NCBI GenBank assembly: GCA_963551095.1
Contig: CAUVFB010000001.1
Location: 1-41,171 of the forward strand
Length of the DNA stretch: 41,171 nt
Source: an uncultured Prevotella sp.
Lineage (GTDB): Bacteria; Bacteroidota; Bacteroidia; Bacteroidales; Bacteroidaceae
Direction: 5' to 3'
The notes beneath the pieces were generated by a model. The model saw only the letters and a program-made list of their open reading frames with translations. It did no database searches and was not told where the DNA came from. Both the position numbers and the translations under genes were made by a program. This document shows positions 29,092-37,710 of this stretch, piece after piece (the first letter of the stretch is position 1; each line of letters starts with the position of its first letter).

Positions 29092-30363
29092 CTACTTTCC
29101 AGTCTTGATAAACCGCGCTATATCGTCCAGGACGTATGCCGGAATATGCGAAGGCGTGTTGTATTCGTCTACGGAAGGTTCCCCTGTTCCCTCCATAAAG
29201 AGATGATTCAGCATCGGATAAGTCTTGCGCACGATGCGGCGGTTCTTCCTGAGCCACTTGTCCCACGCCCGATAGTCGGTCATCGTTACCTGCACGTCGC
29301 GCTCACCCTGCAGAATCAGCATCGGAATACGAAGTCGTGCGGCCGTGGCACCGGCCGAATAGCGATCGTCGAAAGCCGTGTAGCTCTCGGGAAGCTGCCG
29401 CCGTGCCTGCACCATTACCGAGTCGATGACAGTCGGGTCGGTTGTTTTCAGCGCGGCAATGTTTTGGTCGCGTATCACTTCCATCAGTTTCCGCGGCGTT
29501 CCGGCCAGCATTATGATGCCCGCCACACGCCCCGACCGTTCGGCAATACGCGGTGCCAGCATGGCTCCGAGACTGTGCCCGATGATGTAGATGCTGTCCT
29601 TGCATATCTCGGGACTCACTCTTGCCGAGTCGATGGCAGTGAGTACGTCGTCGATGGTCTCTGTATCGTAGTCCAACCCACGTCCTTCGGGCAGCGGATG
29701 GCGTGCCAAGTCGTAAGCATGGGTGCGCTTTTCGTATCTGATGACGGCGATGCCACGCTCTGGAAGTCCCTCGGCAAGGTCGCGGAAAGGTTTGTTTGCT
29801 CCCACCGACTCGTCCATATCCGACGGTCCCGACCCCTGTACGAGTATGACGCAGGGATATTTCCGCCGTGCTTCTCCATCGGGCAGTGTCAGCCGGGCAG
29901 GCAGTTTGAATCCGTCGGTATGGAGTGTCAGCTCGCGTTCGTGGGGCAATGGCGGATGGTCGTCGACTGCTTCGGGATTCGAGAAGAAGAGTCCGATCAG
30001 CCGGTTATCCCCGTCGAAAGTCAAAGAGAGCGTAATCCGGCAGCGCGCAAAGGTCAGCACGCGTGTAAAAGCTTTCTTATCGGTCTCGCCGGTCTCTGCC
30101 GATTGCCATGGTGCTGCCGCACGGAAGTCGCCCAATTGCAGCTGTATCTGCCTGAACATACCTGCCATTTGCTCCTTCGGCACGGCTTTCCGGAACTCTT
30201 CGTCAGCTCGGTCCAGTAGGCTGTCTGCCTGTCCGCTGACGAAATATCCGTACACCTGCTCGGCAAGGGAATACTGCCGGCGTATCAGCCTTGCCATGTC
30301 TTGCGCAGGAAGAGCTGCGGCGGCAAGGAAAGGGAGGAGGAATGAGAGGAGGATTCTTTTCAT
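29092..30363 (-). CDS. Secreted alpha/beta hydrolase with N-terminal DUF3887-like domain
   Basis: Signal peptide MKRILLSFLLPFLAAAALPA; QGSGPSDMDE, GHSLG nucleophile elbow, QGERDVQV, LNHLF; TATCTTTG on - at 30452-30459. Confidence 0.88.
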   Translation of the reverse strand: MKRILLSFLLPFLAAAALPAQDMARLIRRQYSLAEQVYGYFVSGQADSLLDRADEEFRKAVPKEQMAGMFRQIQLQLGDFRAAAPWQSAETGETDKKAFTRVLTFARCRITLSLTFDGDNRLIGLFFSNPEAVDDHPPLPHERELTLHTDGFKLPARLTLPDGEARRKYPCVILVQGSGPSDMDESVGANKPFRDLAEGLPERGIAVIRYEKRTHAYDLARHPLPEGRGLDYDTETIDDVLTAIDSARVSPEICKDSIYIIGHSLGAMLAPRIAERSGRVAGIIMLAGTPRKLMEVIRDQNIAALKTTDPTVIDSVMVQARRQLPESYTAFDDRYSAGATAARLRIPMLILQGERDVQVTMTDYRAWDKWLRKNRRIVRKTYPMLNHLFMEGTGEPSVDEYNTPSHIPAYVLDDIARFIKTGK

Positions 30364-30591
30364 TGCGATGATGGATTGTGGGTAAAACGACCGTAAGGCT
30401 TGTACTGCCTGCACTCGACAGACAAGCCGTCCGGAATCTTGTACGGCGTTGCAAAGATACTGATAAAAGCGCATCCGCTGTTGCTTTCGTGCGTTTTCCT
30501 TCCCCTGCCTTTGCTTGTGTCGACACTTCCCTTAGGGAATAACGGCATTTCTATGCCGTATCTGCAGTATTTCTATACTGGTGTTGACAAG

Positions 30592-30741
30592 TTATCTGCC
30601 TGCTGATAACTTATTATCTACGTGCTGATAAAAAGTTATCAGAGCCTTGATAAATAATTATCAGCGTGCTGATAAAAAGTTATCACTACGCTGATAAAAA
30701 GTTATCACTGTGCTGATAAATAATTATCACTACGCTGATAA
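30592..30741. repeat. Array B: seven palindromic TTATC(A/T)-N6-TGATAA units, 22-bp period
   Basis: Units start at 30592, 30614, 30636, 30658, 30680, 30702, 30724; linkers CTTA, AAAG, ATAA, AAAG, AAAG, ATAA. Confidence 0.97.
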
Positions 30742-30778
30742 TTTCCGCGAAAGCGTACACGCACATCATACCATGCGG

Positions 30779-30842
30779 AGGAAAAGGTGGATATATTCCT
30801 TAAGGAAAGATGGATATGTCCCTTAGGAAAAGGCGGATATGC
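30779..30842. repeat. Degenerate 23-bp tandem repeat x3
   Basis: AGGAAA....GGATAT cores, with GGATAT at 30789, 30812, 30835. Confidence 0.75.
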
Positions 30843-30868
30843 GGTGAGAGGGGAACGGGAATGCGGCT

Positions 30869-32986
30869 TTACAGGATTCCCGACTGGCTATCTTTGTTCC
30901 GCAGTGTCTTGTGAATGTCGCGATACTTCCGCCCGCGCTGCAGCTTCCACGTCAGATTGAAGGTGAGCATATGCCCGTAGTTGCGTCCGCGTTGGAGGAT
31001 TGATTTCTGTAGATACTCGTTGCAGATGCGGGTGGCGTACATTCGTGGGTGCTGCTCAAAGGGATGCTGGAAGAAGAGCGACAGGTCGCAGTTGCCGATG
31101 CGGTAAGTTGCGCCCACGTAGGAGGCTCCGCCGTTGTCGCCCCGGGTCTCGCCCTCCATGAATTTCCATCCGTTGTCGGCCGCGGCTGTGAGTGTCCAGC
31201 GTCCGAGATAGGCGTTGAGGCTGCCTGAACAGATGAAGCTCGTGCGGTGATGGCGGTAGTTGTCGCCGTAGTTGAAGCAGCGGAAGATGCCGGCAGAGAA
31301 GTCGGCCGCCAGCCGGTCGGGCAGTATGTCGATGTGTCCGCCGCTGAACGCATAGACTACACGGATGTCTTTCTGGTTGCGCTGCGTATAGATGAAGCGG
31401 TCGTCCGGCGTCCGTTCGTAATGGGCCATATTCGGCCGTGGGTCGGTACGGTAGTGCAGATCTGCCCAAAGCGACCGCCCGGGACGGTTGTAAGCCAGAG
31501 TGAGCGTGTGGGCGAACACCTTATTGGGGTTGATGGAGGGGTTGCCGACCGTCCATTCCATGGCGTTCGTGCGGATAACGGTGTTGTTGATGAAAGCAAT
31601 CTGAGATATATGCTCGTACATCTCGAAAACATAGCGGAGCGAAAGCGCGGAACTGAATGCGTAGGAGAGGGTTGCCTTGGGGCGGAAGAGCCAGTATGTG
31701 TAGCGGGCATCGGCTTGCCGGTAGCCGTGGCGGCTTGCTCCGAGTCCGGCAACGTAGCTGAGGCTTCGCCAATTGCCCTTGATTTCGCCGAAAAGATAAA
31801 GGCTGTTGTTGTGCAACCGGTTGAGCGAGCTGACGGCTCCGCTGTATTCGTTGCGTGTATACTTCGTGCTCTGCTTCCAACCCAGAGAGACCGTGAACGG
31901 GCGGAGGCGGTTTTCGTAGACTGCTTCGGAAAGAACCGACCACGTCCGCCCCTTGGTGGCGTATTCGTAGGGTGTTCCCTCGTCGTTGAAACTGTATCTG
32001 TCGGTGCCGATACGAGTACCGACAACGTTGGCCGTGAGGGTTTGATGACTGCCGAGCGTGTGCATGAAGTAAAGGTCGAGAGTCGGTGTGAGGGTCGTTT
32101 CGTGTTTCCGAAGGGTCGACCATGCGTTCTTTCCGCGGCTGTCGGTCATCTTTCTTGTCTCATCGTCGTTGAGCTGGTGTTGCCATCCGCCTGTCAAGAC
32201 AGCCTGGAAGACGTAGGAGGCAGAGTCGGCAAGATTGTATTTCGCCTGCAACGTGTTGTCGTAATCGCGCCGGCGAGCCTCCTCGGTGTTGCGACGGACT
32301 TGATAGCGTGTGCCGTTGTTGAGCAGATAGTCGGCCGTCTCGCTGTAGCTGTCGCCCTTGAAGTCTTGGTAGCTTTGGCTATAGGTCAGTCCCAGCTCCG
32401 AATTGCCGCGGTTCAGCTTTCCGAATACGGTGTTGTTGCCGTTCCGCGTGGTCAGTGTATTGCTAAAATTCGTTCCCATCTGCCAGCCGCTGTCGATTCG
32501 TCGGGTGCGGATATCAATAACATAGCCGATGCCCTCTCCGTATCTGACGCCAGGATTGTCGATAAAGTCAACACTTCGGATGGTTTTCGGGTCGAGTGCG
32601 ATGAGTTCTTCGCGGGTAGTGATGGCACCGTTGAGGCGCAGCTGTACCGTACCAGTGTTGGTGAGCGGCGTTATCGTGCGTGCCACCTCGTCTACGCGGA
32701 TGCGCGGCAGGGCGAGTCGGGCAAGCAGATTATAGCCGTTGGTCGATGCTTGCAGCTGCTTTTCGGAAGGGAAGAAGAGTTGTCCGTCGGGCTTTCTGAC
32801 GACGCGCGCCCCTCTGATGACAACTTCCGACAGAGTGTGCACAGCCGTTGTGTCGCTTGGTGCGGCTTGCCGGTTGTCGGTCGGAACGTTATACAGAGAG
32901 TCAGATGGGGCAGCAGGGGTATCCGACTGTCCGTGTGCGGCCATCGAAAGCGTTGCCGCGAGAAGTAGTGAGAGTAGTTGTTTCAT
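30869..32986 (-). CDS. Outer-membrane beta-barrel protein (TonB-dependent-receptor-like)
   Basis: Signal peptide MKQLLSLLLAATLSMAAHG; LSEVVIRG, plug-like DPKTIRSVDFIDNPGVRY, GNPSINP, amphipathic beta-strands; start at 32986. Confidence 0.8.
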   Translation of the reverse strand: MKQLLSLLLAATLSMAAHGQSDTPAAPSDSLYNVPTDNRQAAPSDTTAVHTLSEVVIRGARVVRKPDGQLFFPSEKQLQASTNGYNLLARLALPRIRVDEVARTITPLTNTGTVQLRLNGAITTREELIALDPKTIRSVDFIDNPGVRYGEGIGYVIDIRTRRIDSGWQMGTNFSNTLTTRNGNNTVFGKLNRGNSELGLTYSQSYQDFKGDSYSETADYLLNNGTRYQVRRNTEEARRRDYDNTLQAKYNLADSASYVFQAVLTGGWQHQLNDDETRKMTDSRGKNAWSTLRKHETTLTPTLDLYFMHTLGSHQTLTANVVGTRIGTDRYSFNDEGTPYEYATKGRTWSVLSEAVYENRLRPFTVSLGWKQSTKYTRNEYSGAVSSLNRLHNNSLYLFGEIKGNWRSLSYVAGLGASRHGYRQADARYTYWLFRPKATLSYAFSSALSLRYVFEMYEHISQIAFINNTVIRTNAMEWTVGNPSINPNKVFAHTLTLAYNRPGRSLWADLHYRTDPRPNMAHYERTPDDRFIYTQRNQKDIRVVYAFSGGHIDILPDRLAADFSAGIFRCFNYGDNYRHHRTSFICSGSLNAYLGRWTLTAAADNGWKFMEGETRGDNGGASYVGATYRIGNCDLSLFFQHPFEQHPRMYATRICNEYLQKSILQRGRNYGHMLTFNLTWKLQRGRKYRDIHKTLRNKDSQSGIL

Positions 32987-33013
32987 CTTTACCGAGATTT
33001 TATGATTCTTCGG

Positions 33014-33071
33014 CAAAGATAGAGAGAAGCCATCAGCAAAGCCCCGGAAACAGTCTGACATTTGTCTGACA
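33014..33071 (-). promoter_or_regulatory. Promoter of the beta-barrel gene with a direct-repeat regulator box
   Basis: TATCTTTG at 33021-33014; TGTCAGAC-AAA-TGTCAGAC (11-bp period) at 33071-33053. Confidence 0.7.
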
Positions 33072-33800
33072 ATCGCTTTCCAACCGATAGCTGCGCCCCC
33101 GTTCCGACACTATTTTCAGTCTGCCTTGCTGCTCCACTATCGGTTTCAAGCGGCGGATGAGCGTGTAAAGAGTTTCAGAAGCATCGGGCTTGCGCGGCCA
33201 CAGCCGTTCGCAAATAGCTTCCTTGGACAGGCAATGCTGATCGGCTACAAAGAACATCTCCAACAGTTGCTGTTGCATAGGGGTGAGACTGACGGGCTGA
33301 AAGTCCTTGTTATAGAACCGACGCTCGTTTTCTACATAAACCAATGAGCCAAACTGCATGCCCGACAGGCGTTGACGGCGGACGCTACGCAGCGAAAAGA
33401 ACATCCATCCAACCATCATCAGCGCGAAAAACCACGGCAACCGATGGTCTGCCAAGCCCCATACGGTGGCAAACGAACAGTTGGCATATCCCTGTAAAGC
33501 AACAGTGGCATGCGGCGAACGTCCTTTCATCCGTTGGCTGCATAGGTTGTCGGTGCGGTTGGCATCGGCATAATAGACGTAAGAGCGGTTGCGCAGCTCA
33601 TCGATTCGCAGATTTTGCCGATAAGAATGGATGGTGTCGGGCGTTATCCACTCCGTCTGCTCCTCGGCAAGCGTCTTGCTCAGAGCCTGATTCATATCCT
33701 CTACGATGCGCTGCTCGGCTGTTCGGTAGCTGTCAATGCTTGCTCCGACGGCAGAAAACAGCAGTATCAGGAAGACAACAACAGACATATACGGTTTCAT
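33033..33800 (-). CDS. Membrane-anchored transcriptional regulator with C-terminal OmpR/PhoB-type winged helix
   Basis: Two hydrophobic segments flanking a soluble loop; C-terminal LTPMQQQLLEMF..LSKEAICERLW..LYTLIRRLK..IVSERGRSYRL. Confidence 0.85.
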   Translation of the reverse strand: MKPYMSVVVFLILLFSAVGASIDSYRTAEQRIVEDMNQALSKTLAEEQTEWITPDTIHSYRQNLRIDELRNRSYVYYADANRTDNLCSQRMKGRSPHATVALQGYANCSFATVWGLADHRLPWFFALMMVGWMFFSLRSVRRQRLSGMQFGSLVYVENERRFYNKDFQPVSLTPMQQQLLEMFFVADQHCLSKEAICERLWPRKPDASETLYTLIRRLKPIVEQQGRLKIVSERGRSYRLESDCQTNVRLFPGLC

Positions 33801-33835
33801 AAGCTTTCTATTCTAATCAACGGTTAAAGATGGGG

Positions 33836-35383
33836 TTACAATCCGCGTTCCGCCCAGTCGCCGCGGTCAAGGTTTCGGTAGCCGATGGCTTCGGCAATGT
33901 GCTGCGATTGTACGTCGGACGAAGCGTCAAGGTCGGCAATGGTACGGGCAACCTTCAGTATCCGGTTGTAGGCGCGGGCGGAGAGCTTCAGCCGTTCCAT
34001 CGCATTGCGGAGCAGATCAATGGAGGAAGCGTCGGGTTCGGCAAATTGATGAATCATCCGTTCAGACATCTGCGCGTTGCAGTGGACGTGCTTTTGCTCT
34101 TTGAAACGTTCGGTCTGGAGGGTGCGTGCCTGTATGACGCGCTCGCGGATGACAGCACTCGGTTCGCCCTGGGCGGCTTGCGAGATATCCTTGAAAGGCA
34201 GCGGGGCTATCTCACACTGGATGTCTATTCGGTCGAGCAGCGGTCCGGAAATCTTCGAAAGGTAACGCTGTATCTGTCCGGGGGAGCACACACAATGATG
34301 GGCGGGATCGCCATAGTATCCGCACGGACAAGGATTCATGCTCGCAATGAACATGAAACTGCACGGATAAGTAACGGTATATTTGGCGCGGGAAATGGTG
34401 ATGCTGCGGTCTTCGAGCGGCTGGCGGAGCACCTCGAGGGTATGCTTGTTGAACTCGGGCAGCTCGTCGCAGAAAAGAACGCCGTTGTGCGCCAGTGTTA
34501 TCTCGCCCGGCATGGGGTTGGCACCGCCTCCTACGAGTGCCACTTCGGATATGGTGTGGTGCGGACTGCGGAACGGCCGCTGCGTAATCAAGCCCGAGTC
34601 GCGTTGCAGCTTGCCGGCTATAGAGTGTATCTGCGTGGTTTCGAGACTCTCGGAGAGCGACAGTGGCGGCAGAATGGAAGGCAGCCGCTTAGCCATCATA
34701 CTCTTCCCGCTGCCCGGCGGACCAATCATGATGAGATTGTGTCCACCAGCTGCAGCCACTTCGATGGCTCTCTTCACGTTCTCCTGTCCGCGCACGTCGA
34801 CAAAATCCAACTCGAAGTCGTACTGATGTTCGTAGAATTCCTTACGCGTATCGACATGGCAAGGCTCGAGCAGCGACGGATTGTTGAGGAAACTGATGAC
34901 CTCTTGTATGTTGTTCATGCCATAGACTTCGAGCGTATCGACTACAGCTGCCTCATGTTCGTTGGACTTAGGCACAATGAGTCCCTTGAAATGCTCTGCC
35001 CGTGCTTTAATGGCAATGGGCAGTGCTCCCTTGACGGGTTGCAGAGTTCCGTCCAAACTCAGTTCGCCAACAAGCATATTCTTACCGAGATGGTCGGCTG
35101 GCATCTTCCCATTGGCCGCCAAAATAGCAATGGCGAGCGGCAGGTCGAAAGCTGATCCTTCTTTCTTGAGATCGGCTGGAGCAAGATTGGCAGTAATATC
35201 GGCTACGGGAAACTTATAGCCCGTATTGAGCAGGGCGGCGGCAATGCGATCGTGGCTTTCCTTAACGGCTGCATCGGCAAGCCCAGTGAGGTGGTACAGC
35301 ACCCCGCGGGTGATACTTACCTCTACCGTAACGGTGGTAACCTCCATCCCGTTGACAGCTGCGCAGTATGTTTTTACTAGCAT
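33836..35383 (-). CDS. comM: YifB/ComM Mg-chelatase-like AAA+ ATPase
   Basis: NLAPADLKKEGSAFDLP, GPPGSGKS, PFRSPHHT, DELPEF, MNPCPCG, SGPLLDRID, ARTIADL. Confidence 0.95.
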   Translation of the reverse strand: MLVKTYCAAVNGMEVTTVTVEVSITRGVLYHLTGLADAAVKESHDRIAAALLNTGYKFPVADITANLAPADLKKEGSAFDLPLAIAILAANGKMPADHLGKNMLVGELSLDGTLQPVKGALPIAIKARAEHFKGLIVPKSNEHEAAVVDTLEVYGMNNIQEVISFLNNPSLLEPCHVDTRKEFYEHQYDFELDFVDVRGQENVKRAIEVAAAGGHNLIMIGPPGSGKSMMAKRLPSILPPLSLSESLETTQIHSIAGKLQRDSGLITQRPFRSPHHTISEVALVGGGANPMPGEITLAHNGVLFCDELPEFNKHTLEVLRQPLEDRSITISRAKYTVTYPCSFMFIASMNPCPCGYYGDPAHHCVCSPGQIQRYLSKISGPLLDRIDIQCEIAPLPFKDISQAAQGEPSAVIRERVIQARTLQTERFKEQKHVHCNAQMSERMIHQFAEPDASSIDLLRNAMERLKLSARAYNRILKVARTIADLDASSDVQSQHIAEAIGYRNLDRGDWAERGL

Positions 35384-35389
35384 GGGAGG

Positions 35390-36379
35390 TCAGTTGAAGT
35401 TGTCGAGACGCTGCCGGATGGTGCTGGCGGTAATGTGTCGCTCGGCAATCCGTCCGTTCTTGATGATGATATTGTCGGGTATAGTTGTCAGTCCGAGAGT
35501 CTTGACGAGCTTGCTGTCCATCATCATTCCGTCGCATACGTTCGGAAATTCTACTCCGTTGTTCTTCAATGTCTGCAGCGCCTCCTTGCGATCGGCATCT
35601 GCCGATATACCCAAAACGGTGGCATAGTCCTTCTTGACAGCTTCGTCGAGCGCACGCTGCAAGTCGATGCTCTCGTAATTCCACGTTGCCCAAAGGTTGA
35701 TGATAACTATTTTACCTTTCAGATCGGCGTTGGTGATGGTCTTGCCGTCGAGTGTGTGGGCAGAGAATTTGGGCAGCGGGTCGCCGACGTTTGTGTTTTC
35801 CATGCCTAAGAGAAGCCGTTTCTGTCGGGCGAGCATCGCGTTTCGGGGCTGCCGGGCGAGCAGTTTATCTATCATTTGCATGGCTTTCTTATAGTCGGGA
35901 GCCTCGGTCTGCACGAAGTACTTACTGACCAAATAGCCACTGACGGCCGATTGTGGATGGTCAGCAATAAATTGGGCTGCATACTTCTTCTCGTCGGGGG
36001 GGGAGACGGAGGCTATCTGCTTGCGGAACTTCGTCATCAGCTCGTTGTCGTCAGTGCCTTCCACCTCCATCTCTTTCAGATGTGATGCGTCAGCCTTTAT
36101 CTCCACAGCTTCGCCCGATTCTGCAAAGACGGGTTGCGTAGAGTAGTTGGGGAAGATTAATACCAGTGTCGCCGACTCCTTGCACGGTATCTCGTAGGCA
36201 AATCGACCACCCTGAATCTTGATGGTGTCCAGCCCTTCCAGTCCACCGTCGGGACTATAGACGTAAAGTTCTCCTTGATTGATATGCAGCAGCCGTCCTT
36301 CCATCTTGAAATGACCGCTACGAGTACCACAGGAAACCAATAGCAGAGAGAATAAGAGTGTGATTACTATTTGCTTCAT
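35390..36379 (-). CDS. Lipoprotein with DUF4369-like and TlpA/redoxin-fold domains, lacking CxxC
   Basis: Lipobox LLVSC; GDPLPKFSAHTLDGK..DLKGKIVIINLWATW..LGISAD..IPDNIII; start at 36379 because the ORF-track extension overlaps the tRNA. Confidence 0.85.
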   Translation of the reverse strand: MKQIVITLLFSLLLVSCGTRSGHFKMEGRLLHINQGELYVYSPDGGLEGLDTIKIQGGRFAYEIPCKESATLVLIFPNYSTQPVFAESGEAVEIKADASHLKEMEVEGTDDNELMTKFRKQIASVSPPDEKKYAAQFIADHPQSAVSGYLVSKYFVQTEAPDYKKAMQMIDKLLARQPRNAMLARQKRLLLGMENTNVGDPLPKFSAHTLDGKTITNADLKGKIVIINLWATWNYESIDLQRALDEAVKKDYATVLGISADADRKEALQTLKNNGVEFPNVCDGMMMDSKLVKTLGLTTIPDNIIIKNGRIAERHITASTIRQRLDNFN

Positions 36380-36403
36380 GTGTATTGTTATAGTTATATA
36401 AAG

Positions 36404-36489
36404 TGCCGCGAGCGGGACTCGAACCCGCACAGCCATTACTGGCCAAGGGATTTTAAGTCCCTCGTGTCTACCAATTCCACCATTGCGGC
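36404..36489 (-). tRNA. tRNA-Leu(TAA)
   Basis: GCCGCAATGGTGGAATTGGTAGACACGAGGGACTTAAAATCCCT...GGTTCGAGTCCCGCTCGCGGCA; long variable arm; CCA not encoded; TATCTTTG upstream at 36500-36507. Confidence 0.97.
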
Positions 36490-36825
36490 AAACCGCTTGC
36501 AAAGATAAGGGTATTTCTTTGATTCGACAAACGATTCATCGTTTTTTGCATAACGGAGTTCATCAGCTCTCCAAGCTGCATCCGACTATGATGCGACTGC
36601 GTCTTAGAAATTATGCGACTCTATCCTTAAAGTTCGCCAACTTCTCCTGGAAAATAATCCTTGCCTATCAGTTTGCGATCCGTGCTGGTCAGTTCGGTTA
36701 TCCGTACAGGTGAATGAGGTTAGACGGTGGGGCGGTCTCATCCTGATCACATATCTCCCAAGAGTTAATCACTGGTACTCCGCAAAAAAGCAAGACAATC
36801 CCTTTGTTCTGTAGAGGATTTGCAC

Positions 36826-36833
36826 TAACTTTG
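36826..36833 (+). promoter_or_regulatory. -7 promoter element of folP
   Basis: TAACTTTG 5 nt before the ATG, with a -33-like TTTG at 36803-36806. Confidence 0.65.
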
Positions 36834-36838
36834 CCCGC

Positions 36839-37678
36839 ATGGAAAATACTCAATCAACGACAGGAACAGTGCCTGCGGATTATACGATCAACGTGCACGG
36901 GCAGTTGCTCGATTTGAGCCATCCCTGCGTGATGGGCATACTGAACGTTACGCCCGACTCGTTCTTTGCCGGAAGTCGCGTGCAGACCGAAGATGCCGTC
37001 TGTCGGAGAGCCGACCGGATTGTAACAGAAGGTGGACGAATCATTGACGTGGGAGCCTGCTCGACGCGTCCCGGCAGTGCGCCGGCAAGCGAAGAAGAGG
37101 AGATGCGGCGGCTGGAAATGGCACTTCCTGCCGTCCGCAAGGCACAGCCCGATGCCATCATCTCCGTCGACACTTTCCGTGCATCGGTTGCGCGGAGAGT
37201 TATCGAAGAATTCGGAGCCGACATCATCAACGATGTCGGGGAAGGAAAAGACCCCAATATGTTCCGCACCGTGGCAGAATCGGGAACACCTTATATCTTA
37301 ATGTCGACAGCGGCAAACCTTCACGATATGCTCATCGACTTTGCCCACGAGGTGCAACAACTTCGTGCGCTCGGCCAAAAAGATATTATCCTCGACCCAG
37401 GCTTCGGCTTCGGTAAGACACCCGTCGACGGCAACTACGCTCTGCTCGACAAAATGGAACGGCTACAAGTACTGGGACTTCCGCTGTTGGTGGGTGTCAG
37501 CCGCAAGAGAATGATCCATCAGCTGCTGGGCATCACTGCCGATGAGAGCCTCAACGGTACTACCGCCGTCAACACCATTGCCCTGCTGAAAGGTGCTGCC
37601 ATTCTGCGTGTCCACGACGTGCGCGAGGCAGCAGAGGCAGTAAGAATCATTGAGCGGATGAGAAGCATCCGGCAATAA
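36839..37678 (+). CDS. folP: Dihydropteroate synthase
   Basis: MGILNVTPDSF, DVGACSTRPG, ISVDT, LDPGFGFGK, GVSRK, LRVHDV. Confidence 0.97.
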   Translation: MENTQSTTGTVPADYTINVHGQLLDLSHPCVMGILNVTPDSFFAGSRVQTEDAVCRRADRIVTEGGRIIDVGACSTRPGSAPASEEEEMRRLEMALPAVRKAQPDAIISVDTFRASVARRVIEEFGADIINDVGEGKDPNMFRTVAESGTPYILMSTAANLHDMLIDFAHEVQQLRALGQKDIILDPGFGFGKTPVDGNYALLDKMERLQVLGLPLLVGVSRKRMIHQLLGITADESLNGTTAVNTIALLKGAAILRVHDVREAAEAVRIIERMRSIRQ

Positions 37679-37710
37679 CTCTGCAAGAAAAACCAACTAA
37701 ACCGGTTTCT

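Noticed and set aside
31247..32968. 573-aa plus-strand ORF
   Set aside because: Antisense to the beta-barrel gene with no recognisable motifs; expected in GC-rich coding DNA
33830..35155. 441-aa plus-strand ORF
   Set aside because: Antisense shadow of comM
35996..36003. C8 tract (coding strand) in the redoxin-fold lipoprotein
   Set aside because: In frame (SPP) and only 8 nt; no evidence of slippage without read data
30869..36489. Genomic island integrated at tRNA-Leu or comM
   Set aside because: No integrase, no duplicated tRNA 3' end noticed, and comM is intact
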